Assembly: GCA_963772835.1 (NCBI GenBank)
Contig: CAVYYZ010000003.1
Span: forward strand, 192,001-256,000
Source: an uncultured delta proteobacterium
Lineage (GTDB): Bacteria; Desulfobacterota; Desulfuromonadia; Geobacterales; Pseudopelobacteraceae
Length of the DNA stretch: 64,000 bases
Direction: 5' to 3'
Shown: piece after piece, positions 20,969 through 31,806 of the stretch
Position numbering within the stretch: the stretch's first letter is position 1
Layout: every line of letters starts with the position of its first letter
Program-made: the position numbers and the translations under genes
Notes under the pieces: model-generated
Database searches by the model: none
What the model was told of the DNA's origin: nothing
Seen by the model: the letters and a program-made list of their open reading frames with translations, nothing else

Positions 20969-23521
20969 ATGAGAAATATATTCTGTGCAGTATCAATTAT
21001 GATCGCATCAGTACTACTGATCCCGATATCGTCACATGGCGCCTCTATCTGGCCATCCTCCGCTGTTCCGGGGATCGCTGACTCCGGGCCCGACAGCGCG
21101 GTGGAACTGGGAGTCAAGTTCCGTTCAGATACAAAAGGTACTATTATCGGAGTCCGTTTCTACAAAGGGATCGGCAATACCGGCACCCATACCGGCAGCC
21201 TCTGGTCGAGAACCGGTTCGCGCCTGGCAACGGCTACCTTCAGCGGTGAAACCGCCTCCGGCTGGCAGCAGGTAAACTTCGCCGCGCCGGTGACCATCAA
21301 TGCCAATACGGTCTATGTCGCTTCCTACCACACTAACAGCGGCCATTACAGCTGCGACCAGAACTTCTTTGCAGGCGGTGGAGTCGACGCACCGCCGCTG
21401 CACGCCCTGGCGAACGGGGTGTCAGGCGTCAACGGTGTGTACGGCTACGGGTCTGCAAGTAAATTTCCCAACCTGGGGTGGAATAGTTCAAATTACTGGG
21501 TGGACGTTGTCTTTAATTCAACCGCCTCGTCCGATACGACCCCGCCGACCGTGACAGCATTTACCGTTCCGGCTACATCATCATCGCTGACCGTATCTGT
21601 CAGCAGCTTCAGTGCAACAGACAATGTCGCGGTAAGCGGATATCTGATCACCGAATCATCCGCGAAACCTGCTGCAGGTGGCGGCGGTTGGTTGACATCA
21701 ATTCCGCTCTCGTACATATGTGCAACGGCGGGCAGTAAGACCCTCTACGCCTGGGCCAAAGACGCCTCAGGCAATGTGTCGAACAGCAGAAGTGCGGCCG
21801 TTGTCATTACCATCCCGTCGGGAGGTGGTGGGGCGGGCGCCTGGTATGCGGGAGACCTGCACGTGCACCGCAGCTGCGGCGGAGCCCCGGAGGCGGTGAC
21901 AAGCCTGTACCAGAAAATGCTTTTGAATGACCTTGCGGTTATGTCTCTGCTGGCTGACATGGGTAATGGCGAGGTGCAGAACCCGGCCACCGACCTGCCG
22001 CTTGTAACCGGAGGAGACGCCTCTGTATCGGCACCGGGCCGGATTCTGCATTGGGATGCGGAGTGGCATTGGGATGCCGTGTACGACCAGTATTCCAACA
22101 AGGCCCTGGGCGGGCATGTACTGGCACTTGGTCTGTTGGAGGCACATCAGATCTGGGAAGAGTACACCTATCCGATATTCAACTGGGCGCATCAGCAACA
22201 TGGTGTTGCCGGTTTTGCGCATATGCAGTATCTCGATAACGGTATTCCGCAAGGTCTTGATTGCTGTACGCCTCTGGAATATCCGGTCGAAGTGGCGCTG
22301 GGGTCGGCAGACTTTATTGCTGAGGATGTGAACGGCAGCGATACTGCCATTCAGGCGTATTACCGACTGCTCAACTGCGGCTTCCGTCCCGGACTTGCCG
22401 CAGGTACAGACTATCCATGCAACGGCGGCGCGGATCCCGGTTCGCTGCTGACGTATGTGCAGGTGGCCGATGATCAGATGAATTATCGCACCTGGATCGA
22501 TGGCATCGCGGCAGGGCGAACGGTCGTGTCGCGCAATGGACAAAACGAATTTCTGGATCTGAAGGTGAACGGCACTGCCGGACCCGGTGATGAGATCAAA
22601 CTGGCCGGGAGCGGAACGGTGCAGGTGACGGTCCAATGGTCGGCGAACCGGAATCTGAGCGGAACAATTGAATTGGTAAGTAACGGCGTCGTTGTCGCCG
22701 CCAAATCGGCCTCTGCGGCATCAGGGAGTCCGGCAACTCTGAATGCTTCGGTCAATTTCACGAAGAGCGGCTGGCTGGCGGCCCGCAGAATGGGGAGCAA
22801 CGGGCATCAGCTGCATACCGCCGCCGTGTACGTGACAGTGAATAATGCTCCGGTACGTGCAAGCGTTGACGACGCGCAGTTTTATGTGCAGTGGATCGAC
22901 AATCTGCTGGAGAAGACATCTCCGGGCGGGGCATGGAGTTACTTCTTCGTGAACAGTCGAGCGGCAGCACAATCACGCTATCAGTCTGCCCGATCGATCT
23001 ATCAGCAGATCGCGCTTGAAGCCGGAGGAGGAGTGAATCCCCCTCCGCAGCCGACAGGGACGATCTTCACCAGCCAGATCCCGGGAGTGTATGAAAACGA
23101 TGCGGATTATGAGTTGGGTACAAGATTCCGTGCCGATGTGAATGGAACGATCACCCAGGTGCGCCTCTATACCAATGCGCTGGAGGGTGGAAGTCACACC
23201 GTTCGCATCTGGCGGGTATCTGACAGCGCCGTCGTGGCAGGGCCGTACACGTGGAATTTTTCATCCGGCAATGCCGGGTGGAAATCGTTCACATTACCGG
23301 CACCGTTGAGTATTACCGCCAACACCGATTACACGGTGTCGGTTTCCAACAGCAGTGACCGCTACTATGCCGGTCAGCTTAACGGTTTTGATGCGCCGAT
23401 CGTAAACGGGCATGTATCCACGTATACCGGCAGCGGAGTGTATTCGACGATTCTGGGAACTATGCCGACTTTGATCTGGAACAATACGAACTATTTCCGC
23501 GATGTAGTGTTTGCCCCGTAA
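20969..23521 (+). CDS. Secreted DUF4082 protein with CehA/McbA-like (PHP-fold) metallohydrolase domain
   Basis: Signal peptide; DUF4082; WYAGDLHVH, GFAH, YYRLLNCGFRPGLAAGTD, GRTVVS; divergent C-terminal DUF4082 (YELGTRF...NYFRDVVF). Confidence 0.78.
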   Translation: MRNIFCAVSIMIASVLLIPISSHGASIWPSSAVPGIADSGPDSAVELGVKFRSDTKGTIIGVRFYKGIGNTGTHTGSLWSRTGSRLATATFSGETASGWQQVNFAAPVTINANTVYVASYHTNSGHYSCDQNFFAGGGVDAPPLHALANGVSGVNGVYGYGSASKFPNLGWNSSNYWVDVVFNSTASSDTTPPTVTAFTVPATSSSLTVSVSSFSATDNVAVSGYLITESSAKPAAGGGGWLTSIPLSYICATAGSKTLYAWAKDASGNVSNSRSAAVVITIPSGGGGAGAWYAGDLHVHRSCGGAPEAVTSLYQKMLLNDLAVMSLLADMGNGEVQNPATDLPLVTGGDASVSAPGRILHWDAEWHWDAVYDQYSNKALGGHVLALGLLEAHQIWEEYTYPIFNWAHQQHGVAGFAHMQYLDNGIPQGLDCCTPLEYPVEVALGSADFIAEDVNGSDTAIQAYYRLLNCGFRPGLAAGTDYPCNGGADPGSLLTYVQVADDQMNYRTWIDGIAAGRTVVSRNGQNEFLDLKVNGTAGPGDEIKLAGSGTVQVTVQWSANRNLSGTIELVSNGVVVAAKSASAASGSPATLNASVNFTKSGWLAARRMGSNGHQLHTAAVYVTVNNAPVRASVDDAQFYVQWIDNLLEKTSPGGAWSYFFVNSRAAAQSRYQSARSIYQQIALEAGGGVNPPPQPTGTIFTSQIPGVYENDADYELGTRFRADVNGTITQVRLYTNALEGGSHTVRIWRVSDSAVVAGPYTWNFSSGNAGWKSFTLPAPLSITANTDYTVSVSNSSDRYYAGQLNGFDAPIVNGHVSTYTGSGVYSTILGTMPTLIWNNTNYFRDVVFAP

Positions 23522-23569
23522 AATAAAAATAACATCAGATATGTAGATGCGTTTCAAAAAGGGGGAAAA

Positions 23570-23955
23570 ATGATCTCAATTTCAATTATTCTCCGTTTGA
23601 TCGCCGGAATATTACTGTCTGCGATTCTGCTGACCGACCTTCCTGCCCGCGCTGCCACACTGGACAGCCATACGGTCGTATTGGATGAGGGGGGCAAAAT
23701 CATCCCCTGATTGTTACAACAAATGCCAATTCAGTAGTGTTGGGTACAGGAAATGACCGGGATAGGGCGGTGGCCAGGACAGTAAGCCCTGATCAGACAA
23801 TGATGAGCGAATTCCTGTCCCCGGCAGGGGATACGTTCTGGGTTCAGTACATCACTGCACCGGTAGTTTCCGCCGGAATGACGGCGACAATTTCCTGCAT
23901 CGGGCCGACAGATGACCACTGGAACCTGGCGGCCATTGAGATAGTTGCCCAGTAG
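23570..23955 (+). pseudogene. Collapsed remnant of a fourth secreted protein gene
   Basis: Purine-rich RBS, signal peptide MISISIILRLIAGILLSAILLTDLPARA, stop at 23710, then a domain-like C-terminus (GDTFWVQ...WNLAAIEI) in another frame. Confidence 0.55.
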
Positions 23956-24357
23956 ACATAAGACATACTGTTGCTCATGGCACTCATTGCCTTGACGGAG
24001 GGTGCCATAAACAACATCCCGGAAATTTTCAGTAGAACAGCTCCGGATGTTAACTTTTCTACATCGCAGTAAGATTCTTCTCAAGTCTGCATTTATGGCA
24101 TTTCATTCCCTCCAGGCAAATATATATATAACATCCGCCATCCTCTGTAATGTCAGCAACATCCTGTAATTTAACAAATATATATTTGGCATCATGCGTG
24201 AATGGTGAATTTGTTAATTGATTGATACGTGGCGTTTTCACATTGCCGCGTACCATTCTATTTCGCTACACGATGTAATTTAATGATTCATATAAGCAAA
24301 TTTTATACAAATCTATACGTATGTCATCCGCCGCCGGGGTAGAAAAGGTCTAAATTA

Positions 24358-26142
24358 ATGCCAACCAAACAGATGGTACATAAAACAGCCGATGTCGATT
24401 TGTCAGTAACCAAAATCAACGATGCCTGCAATGTATCCGGGATTCAAGCATCAGAACACATTGCATTCAGGCACTCCATTTGCGATTGGTGTCTCAGGAA
24501 AGCACAGCATTTTATGGATCGAAATATGCTTGAAGAAGGTTTACGCTGGGATCTCCTGGCGGGGCATATAGCCCATTTCGACTGTTCTCCTCTGTCGTCT
24601 CCGTTGATAGAGTCACACCTTGTGGACGTTGCTTCACGTCTACCCACTCCTGAGCTGGTCAGAGAACCCACTGGTCAAAAGCCGCGTCGATGGCTGCATG
24701 TCCTTAATGTGGCGTTCCCGGTGGGAGGTCATACCGCCATGGCGGCCAGGTGGATGACGCTGGATCCTGATCATAACAGGCACAGCGTAGTACTTCTCGA
24801 TCAACGTCAAGAAGTCCCGTCCTCTCTTCTGGATGCCGCAGAAAAGACGGGAGGCGTCGTCGAAGTATTAGATCCGGATGAATCGATTATGAGTCGGGCG
24901 GTGTGGTTGAGGAATTATGTGTGGCAGGAGGCCGATGTTGTGGTGCTCCATGTTACATCGTTCGATGTGATTACAACGGTGGCTTTGGGAATTCCCGGAG
25001 GGCCGCCGGTACTGCTGGTCAATCACGCCGCCCATATATTCTGGATAGGATGTTCCGTGGCCGATCTGGTACTCAATTGTCGTGGATCGGCACTGGAGCA
25101 CGATTGGACGGTTCGTTACCGCGGTATCGACCCCCAGCGGAGTCTGACCCTGCCTATCCCGCTTCCTTCTCCCCGGTCGATCCACGAGAAAGAAGACTCC
25201 GCTGATCTCAGGCAAAAATCCAAGACCGCCATGTCCCTGCCGCCCGGAGCACTGGTTATACTGACTGTGGGGAGTTCCTTTAAATACATGCCGATGCCAG
25301 GCATCGATTTTTTGGATGCAGCGCTGCAGATTCTGCAAAAAAATGCGGACTTTTACCTGATTGCTGTCGGAGTAGATGAGGACGCACGCTGGAAAGAGGT
25401 CAAGGACAGAAGCGGGGGACGATTACGTGCGGTGGGGCGACAGCAGGATCTGAGTCCGTATCATGCAGCGGCAGACGTCTATATTGAAGGGTTCCCGTTC
25501 GGGTCGACAACAGCCCTGCTTGAAGCGGGATTGCGCGGCATTCCATGCGTACTTGCGCCTGCGATCTGCCCTCCGCCGTTTACATCTGACGGGGTGGCGC
25601 TTGAAGTGCTGGATCGACCGATCGACCTGGATGATTACGTCAGGGTCATCACTTCACTGCTTGCGGACAGTTGCGAAAGAACGAGGATCGGTAGTTTACT
25701 GGCGGAATCAATTGCGGCCCATCACGGAGCAACCGGCTGGGAAGGATATCTGGATGTGATCAAGCAAAAACTTCCGATATCCCACAGTATATATAGCATG
25801 CGTGCCGCTCCATCCGTACCGGTCGGTATTGTGAACTACTGGGCCGGTTTTTCAAGTCTGGTGCAAAACGACCCGCTGGTCATAGTGATAAAAGAGGCGC
25901 TCAGACTGGGCTTGAAACCCGGATTAGATTTGCCGTTGAAGGAGGCAATACACGCATCCAAATCTTTTAGAAAGAACTATGAGTTGATTGACCTACTGGC
26001 CGCACTGACAGGTCCGATTTCATCATTTCTGCCGTCGGTAACCTCCTCCGGTTTCTATGACAGACCTGTTTTCAATTTTCCGGCCTGGGGGGAAAATTAT
26101 GCGCTCACGGTCAAAAATCATGAACATATGCTCTGTGGGTGA
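24358..26142 (+). CDS. Glycosyltransferase (GT-B fold, GT4-like)
   Basis: WLHVLNVAFPVGGHT, ADVYIEGFPFGSTTALLEAGLRGIP. Confidence 0.7.
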   Translation: MPTKQMVHKTADVDLSVTKINDACNVSGIQASEHIAFRHSICDWCLRKAQHFMDRNMLEEGLRWDLLAGHIAHFDCSPLSSPLIESHLVDVASRLPTPELVREPTGQKPRRWLHVLNVAFPVGGHTAMAARWMTLDPDHNRHSVVLLDQRQEVPSSLLDAAEKTGGVVEVLDPDESIMSRAVWLRNYVWQEADVVVLHVTSFDVITTVALGIPGGPPVLLVNHAAHIFWIGCSVADLVLNCRGSALEHDWTVRYRGIDPQRSLTLPIPLPSPRSIHEKEDSADLRQKSKTAMSLPPGALVILTVGSSFKYMPMPGIDFLDAALQILQKNADFYLIAVGVDEDARWKEVKDRSGGRLRAVGRQQDLSPYHAAADVYIEGFPFGSTTALLEAGLRGIPCVLAPAICPPPFTSDGVALEVLDRPIDLDDYVRVITSLLADSCERTRIGSLLAESIAAHHGATGWEGYLDVIKQKLPISHSIYSMRAAPSVPVGIVNYWAGFSSLVQNDPLVIVIKEALRLGLKPGLDLPLKEAIHASKSFRKNYELIDLLAALTGPISSFLPSVTSSGFYDRPVFNFPAWGENYALTVKNHEHMLCG

Positions 26143-26252
26143 TCATGACAAGTCTGAGACTATTTCATCTCAAGCTATGAAAAGGGTGGGGCAGGAGTTG
26201 ACTTCTTCATAACGATATATATGTGCCGCTCAATAGCAAAAGGGAGATCTTT

Positions 26253-28475
26253 ATGGATATAAGCATTATTATATGTACGTATAACAGATGCAACAGCCTA
26301 AAGACGACAATGGATAGTGTTTTATCTGCTGATATCAATGATGGCATTGACCTGGAAATCGTAGTTGTTGATAACAATTCCACTGATGCAACAGCAGAGG
26401 TTGTACGCAATTATGCAGACAGCACAGATATTACAATACGTTACATTATTGAGCAGAAACAAGGTCTGTCCTATGCCCGCAACAGGGGAATAAGGGAGGC
26501 TGAAGGGAATGTACTGGCGTTTATTGATGATGATGTAATAGTCGCAAAAGACTGGATAAACAGTATATTTTCCACCTTCCAGGACAGCGCGGTGTCCTGT
26601 GCGGGAGGAAGGATTTATCCTGTTTGGCTGGAGAGTCGTCCAAAATGGTTGAATCAGGAGTTTCATAAATATTTATCCCTGCTTGACCTCGGCAATGAGA
26701 GGATCAGGATGGACAAACCGGGGATATGGGGAGCAAATCTTATTTTCAGGGCTTCCCTGTTTGAAACATACGGGATGTTCGACACAGCACTTGGAAGAAC
26801 AGCAGGAAAACTATATGGAGAAGAGGAAGTCGTTGTTGTAAAAAGACTCATTGATAACGGGGCAGGTGTCTATTATGTCCCGGAAATCGTGGTGCATCAT
26901 TGTATAGGCCCAGCCAGAATGAAAAAATCGTATTACAGGAAGTGGTATTTTGATACGGGAGAGCTCGCCGGCATTCAATTAGGGCATTATCCTCATCGTA
27001 ACTTGAATGGTGTGCCATATTATGTATTGAAGGATTTTTTCTTTGCCTTGGGACGCTTTATTGCCGGTATAATCAGACAACCTGAAAACATATTTCTTTC
27101 TGAATTGTCCCTGTTAGGGAAAGCAGGTTTTATTAACGGCAGATGTATGTTTCAAAAGTCTCTAAAAGTCCACACAAGCGCCGGTCGCCCCGAATACAAC
27201 AAAATGACTCCCGCATTACCGCAATCCAAAGATAAAGTTCTTATTGTTTCACCTGCTATTCCCCGCCCCGATATGAATTCCGGAGATATGCGACTCAGTT
27301 CACTGATCGATATTCTCGCCCAAAAATATTCGATAACCTTCATTTCTGTAGAGTATAAACCCGGAGATGATCGATACATTTCTCGTTTGGAAGGATCAGG
27401 AGTCACCGTCTATTCCAAGCAGTTTTCTCTGTTGAATATGCTTAAAAATGAGCAGTTTAAGATCGCAATCATGGAGTTCTACTTCACAGCAGAATTTTAT
27501 CTCAACCGGATACGGATTCTTCAGCCTGAATGCCGTGTGATTGTTGACAGTGTCGATGTTCATTATCTCCGCTTGAAGCAAAAGTACGATCTTACGAAAG
27601 ATGAAGCTGACCTGGCGATATATGAGGAAACAAAAGAAAAAGAAATTAATGTCTACCGTAAGGCCGATGCGGTTATTACAGTCACCACGGATGATGCCGC
27701 AGCTCTTATCAAGGAGAGCTCAGACATCCGGTGTGAGGTAGTGCCAAATATTCATGAGATAAGCCTTACTGATGCCTCTCCGGAGAAGAATACGCTCATT
27801 TTTGTCGGCGGATTTTCTCACGATCCAAATATAGATGCAGTTCTTTATTTTTGCAGAGAAATTCTGCCGCTGATCAGAAAGAACAAACCGGATGTCCACG
27901 TTATGATTGTAGGGAGCAACCCGCCGGATGAGATTGTAAGGCTTGGCAGTGATAGTGTCACGGTGACCGGTTATGTGCCGACTACCACCACGTATCTCCA
28001 CAGAAGCTGCGTTTCTGTAGCTCCTCTCCGTTATGGTGCCGGCATGAAGGGAAAGATAGGGGAAGCCATGGCACATGGAGTCCCTGTGGTTACAACTCCG
28101 GTCGGGGCACAGGGCATGGGTCTTACTGATCGTAAAAACGTCATGATCTCCGACTCTCCCCAACATTTTGCCGCTGCCGTCGTGGAGTTGCTGAATGATC
28201 GTAGTCTCTATGACTCTATCAGGAATGATGCTGTACGCATCATTGATGATAACTACACGACACCTCAGGTCGCGAAAAGCATGATCGATGTTATTGAAAA
28301 GGTATGTAACAGCCAGGTTAAGCGTATGAGCCTTGTTGGCAAGGCGCTGTTTTTGAAGGACTACGTGATGGATCATGTCAAATCAAGGTTCAATTCTACC
28401 GGGGTTGAATACGGAGTTACTCCTAACCGCACCGCCCGGCTATCAATCTCAGGAGTTTCAAATGACGCACGATGA
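26253..28475 (+). CDS. Bifunctional glycosyltransferase (GT2 + GT4 fusion)
   Basis: ISIIICTYNR, VVDNNSTD, AFIDDD; C-terminal FVGGFSHDPN, APLRYGAGMKGKIGEAMAHGVP; start placed at ATG after GGGAG. Confidence 0.88.
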   Translation: MDISIIICTYNRCNSLKTTMDSVLSADINDGIDLEIVVVDNNSTDATAEVVRNYADSTDITIRYIIEQKQGLSYARNRGIREAEGNVLAFIDDDVIVAKDWINSIFSTFQDSAVSCAGGRIYPVWLESRPKWLNQEFHKYLSLLDLGNERIRMDKPGIWGANLIFRASLFETYGMFDTALGRTAGKLYGEEEVVVVKRLIDNGAGVYYVPEIVVHHCIGPARMKKSYYRKWYFDTGELAGIQLGHYPHRNLNGVPYYVLKDFFFALGRFIAGIIRQPENIFLSELSLLGKAGFINGRCMFQKSLKVHTSAGRPEYNKMTPALPQSKDKVLIVSPAIPRPDMNSGDMRLSSLIDILAQKYSITFISVEYKPGDDRYISRLEGSGVTVYSKQFSLLNMLKNEQFKIAIMEFYFTAEFYLNRIRILQPECRVIVDSVDVHYLRLKQKYDLTKDEADLAIYEETKEKEINVYRKADAVITVTTDDAAALIKESSDIRCEVVPNIHEISLTDASPEKNTLIFVGGFSHDPNIDAVLYFCREILPLIRKNKPDVHVMIVGSNPPDEIVRLGSDSVTVTGYVPTTTTYLHRSCVSVAPLRYGAGMKGKIGEAMAHGVPVVTTPVGAQGMGLTDRKNVMISDSPQHFAAAVVELLNDRSLYDSIRNDAVRIIDDNYTTPQVAKSMIDVIEKVCNSQVKRMSLVGKALFLKDYVMDHVKSRFNSTGVEYGVTPNRTARLSISGVSNDAR

Positions 28476-29421
28476 TCTGATCAGTGTCATAATTCCTACC
28501 TACAACGGGAGTAAATATCTCCTTTCAACGGTACAGTCGGCTCTCAACCAGACCTACAGACCGATTGAAGTGATTGTCGTAGACGATGGTTCCACGGAGA
28601 ATACTGCCGCAGCCCTTAAACCTGTAATGAACCGGATTACCTATATCCGTCAGGAAAACCGTGGTCCGGCTGCTGCGAGAAATCACGGCATACTGATGAG
28701 TAAAGGGAACTATATTGCGTTTCTGGACCATGATGATATATGGATGCCGGACAATCTGCTGGGGAAGATAGCACTCCTGAGAGACAATCCGGAATGCGCC
28801 ATGGTGTACAGCTATCCTGAACTGATAGACGCAGCAGGAAAATCCCTTCCACAGACGTATCATTTAGTCTGCCCGAGCGGTTGGGTGTTCGAGGATTTTC
28901 TTCACCACAACCGGATTGCGACGTTTTCCTCTACATTGATCTGCAGAAACATTTTCGAAAATGTGGGAATGCTGGATGAAAGCCCCGAAATTACCTGCTG
29001 TGATGACTATGATATGTGGCTACGGATAACGGATATGCATAAAATAATATTTTCACCAGACAAAACCGTCAAATACAGAATCCATGAGCAGAATCTCCTG
29101 AAAAATCACTCGTTAAGCTTCAATTCAAACATACATGTTTTCAGAAAAGCACTGAAGGACTGCGGCACTGTTTCGCACCTGCCACAAAAAAAACTTTCAA
29201 ACATAGTCAATGAGCATCTCTACATAAAATATTCTGTCTACGCCTTCAACTTTTACTATGACATGTGCAATTACAAATTGGCACGAGATCTTCTCTGGCG
29301 TTGCGTTCGATTGCAGCCGTACACCCTTAAAAACTGGGCATATTTACTGTTATGTTTATTCCCTTCACCCTTCATCACCAGGTTGAGGTCAGCAAAATCA
29401 ATGATGAAAGAAATGATATGA
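28462..29421 (+). CDS. Glycosyltransferase family 2
   Basis: ISVIIPTYN, VVDDGST, AFLDHDD, DDYDMWLR; RBS AGGAG. Confidence 0.9.
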   Translation: MTHDDLISVIIPTYNGSKYLLSTVQSALNQTYRPIEVIVVDDGSTENTAAALKPVMNRITYIRQENRGPAAARNHGILMSKGNYIAFLDHDDIWMPDNLLGKIALLRDNPECAMVYSYPELIDAAGKSLPQTYHLVCPSGWVFEDFLHHNRIATFSSTLICRNIFENVGMLDESPEITCCDDYDMWLRITDMHKIIFSPDKTVKYRIHEQNLLKNHSLSFNSNIHVFRKALKDCGTVSHLPQKKLSNIVNEHLYIKYSVYAFNFYYDMCNYKLARDLLWRCVRLQPYTLKNWAYLLLCLFPSPFITRLRSAKSMMKEMI

Positions 29422-29583
29422 TTCCTCAAAAATATACCTGCCTCAAATCTAACAATGTAAACATTTTTACAATCCGCTTCTCCCCCTGTCAGTAAAGCTT
29501 CCATCGTATCTTACGCAGTAAATCAATTCACATATTTCACATCAAATAAGTTCGCAACGTGCTGTAAAAACGTCGAATAAATG

Positions 29584-29599
29584 TGGCACTAATAGTGCT
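29584..29599 (+). promoter_or_regulatory. sigma54 (-24/-12) promoter
   Basis: TGGCACTAATAGTGCT, GG-N10-GC, intergenic before the aminotransferase gene. Confidence 0.6.
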
Positions 29600-29631
29600 A
29601 TCCAGTAGTTGATGTACGTATCTGCTGCCTC

Positions 29632-30855
29632 ATGATCAAGAGAGGTTTTCGTATGGTAATGCGTATAGGAAGAACTCTTCCCCCTGCGGCATCGCCGTTT
29701 AATCTCAATGATATCGTGTCAGGGATAGCCGGTCTTATTGAAGGGGAGGGTGAAGTAAAGAGGTTCGAGGAGAGCCTCAAGATGTTTTTCCAGGTCAGAT
29801 ACTGTTTTGCCGTTTCGTCCGGGAAGGCAGCCCTTGTCATAATACTTCAAGCATTGCATGAAATATATCCTGATAAAGATACGGTTTTGATACCAGCATA
29901 TACCTGCTACTCGGTTCCGTCAGCGATAATACGGGCAGGATTAAAAGTCCGGTTGTGCGACATGGCGCCTGATACCCTCGATTTTGATTTCGACCGAATC
30001 GTTGAGGAATTGGAGAATCCCTGTCTCCTCTGCGTGATCCCCACCCACTTGTTTGGTATCCCGTCCGATGTAGAGCGGCTTCAGTCTTTGATAAATCAAC
30101 GCGATATATTTGTTCTGGAAGACGCCGCACAGGCAATGGGTGGAGAATGGAACGGGAAAAAAACCGGAACGCTGGGTGATGTCGGATTGTTCAGTCTGGG
30201 TCGCGGGAAGGCCTTCTCAACTGTAGAGGGTGGATTAATTCTGACAGACAACGACCAGATCGGGCAGATGCTTGAAAAACGACTGGCTACTATACACGGA
30301 TATGGAACCTTCGACTGTCTGAAACTGCTCCTTAATGCGGTCGCACTGTCGGTTCTCGTTGACCCAAGGATATACTGGTTGCCGAAATCGCTGCCATTTT
30401 TGAAACTGGGAGAAACACATTTCAACCCATCATTTCCAATCAGGAAGATGTCGCCTTTTCAAGCGGGAATGGCTAAAAAATGGGAGTCGGCACTTAATAA
30501 ACTTACATCAGCACGTTTGATAACTGCCAAAAAACTAGCAGTCTACGGGATGCAGTCTGTGGGAACAAGCAAGGGGACGTTTCCTGATTTGATCCGGTTT
30601 CCCGTGCTGCTTGCAAATACGGAAACCAAAAAAAAGATACTCCGGAAAGGTGAAAAGATGGGAATAGGAATATCCGGCGGGTATCCCGATTCTATCAATG
30701 GAATTGATGAACTCCGGGATTTTTTTGAGGGGAATACGTTTCCGGAGGCAAAAAAAATCGCAGAAAGATTAGTTACTTTCCCTGTGCACCGTTTTGTTAA
30801 CGGGAGTGATGTAAAAAACATCACACATTTGTTCAGGTCACAGTCAATCAACTGA
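29632..30855 (+). CDS. DegT/DnrJ/EryC1/StrS family PLP-dependent aminotransferase
   Basis: SSGKAAL, PTHLFG, EDAAQAMG, FSLGRGK...EGG; true start may be 29653. Confidence 0.85.
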   Translation: MIKRGFRMVMRIGRTLPPAASPFNLNDIVSGIAGLIEGEGEVKRFEESLKMFFQVRYCFAVSSGKAALVIILQALHEIYPDKDTVLIPAYTCYSVPSAIIRAGLKVRLCDMAPDTLDFDFDRIVEELENPCLLCVIPTHLFGIPSDVERLQSLINQRDIFVLEDAAQAMGGEWNGKKTGTLGDVGLFSLGRGKAFSTVEGGLILTDNDQIGQMLEKRLATIHGYGTFDCLKLLLNAVALSVLVDPRIYWLPKSLPFLKLGETHFNPSFPIRKMSPFQAGMAKKWESALNKLTSARLITAKKLAVYGMQSVGTSKGTFPDLIRFPVLLANTETKKKILRKGEKMGIGISGGYPDSINGIDELRDFFEGNTFPEAKKIAERLVTFPVHRFVNGSDVKNITHLFRSQSIN

Positions 30856-30872
30856 AAATAGGGTGAGATGAA

Positions 30873-31806
30873 GTGATCAGTGTAATTATTCCGACATACA
30901 ACTGCGAAAAATATATCTGTGAAGCACTGGACAGCGTGCTTCACCAAACTTATTCAGATTACGAAATAATTGTTATTGACGATGGGTCAACTGACAATAC
31001 CAGAGCGATTATCGACGGTAGATACCATTCAGTTCGATATTTTTATGTGAAGAATAACGGCGTTGCAGCTGCAAGGAATGTGGGCATATCAAAGGCACGA
31101 GGGAGGGCTGATTGCCTTTCTTGATGCCGATGACAAGTGGCTGCCGAAAAAGCTGGAGAAGCAGGCGGCATTATTTGATGAAGATATCAATTTGGGAATG
31201 GTATTTACGGAAAACTTTTTCTTCAATGAAAACGGATTACTATCAGATAAAATAAATAAGCGAGCACGCTTGATGCGGGGAGATATTGTAAAAAATATTT
31301 TTATGAACAGTTATGTCGTTACCTCCACTGTAATGGTCCGAAAGAACGTATTTGAGTCGGTCGGGCTGTTCGAGGAAGAATTGATAGTCGCTGAAGACGA
31401 TAACATGTGGATGCGAATCGGTATGAAATATCGTGTGATACTTCTTGATGAATCAATGCTTATGTATCGAATAACAGAAGGGAGTCTGAGTAGAAGAGAT
31501 CATAATGTATTTACAGGAGTGAGCGCAAGTATCAGAATTATCAAGATAAAATATCCTGATTTATGTAAGCGGCTTGGAAAATCATCAATCAGAAGAAAAT
31601 ATTCTGAGTTGTTTTATTCAGAAGGATATCACTGCTTTTCACAGGGCAGGCAGAAGGAAGCTCGATGCAATTTCGTCAAAAGTTACTGTAACTGGCCTCT
31701 GAAATTTAAATCATTATTGTATATGGCTTCGACATATTTCCCGCAGGGGTTAATAGAAAGAATCCGGGATGCAAAAATGAGATTCTGTAACCAGGCAAAT
31801 ATATGA
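30873..31806 (+). pseudogene. Glycosyltransferase family 2, split by a frameshift near 31100
   Basis: ISVIIPTYN...ARNVGISKARG in one frame continues as LIAFLDADD in the next frame across GAGGGAGGG. Confidence 0.8.

Noticed and set aside
23977..24065. Imperfect inverted repeats and TGT-N10-ACA boxes in the 24.0-24.3 kb intergenic region
   Set aside because: No U-tract or recognisable RNA family; such short motifs are expected by chance in AT-rich DNA
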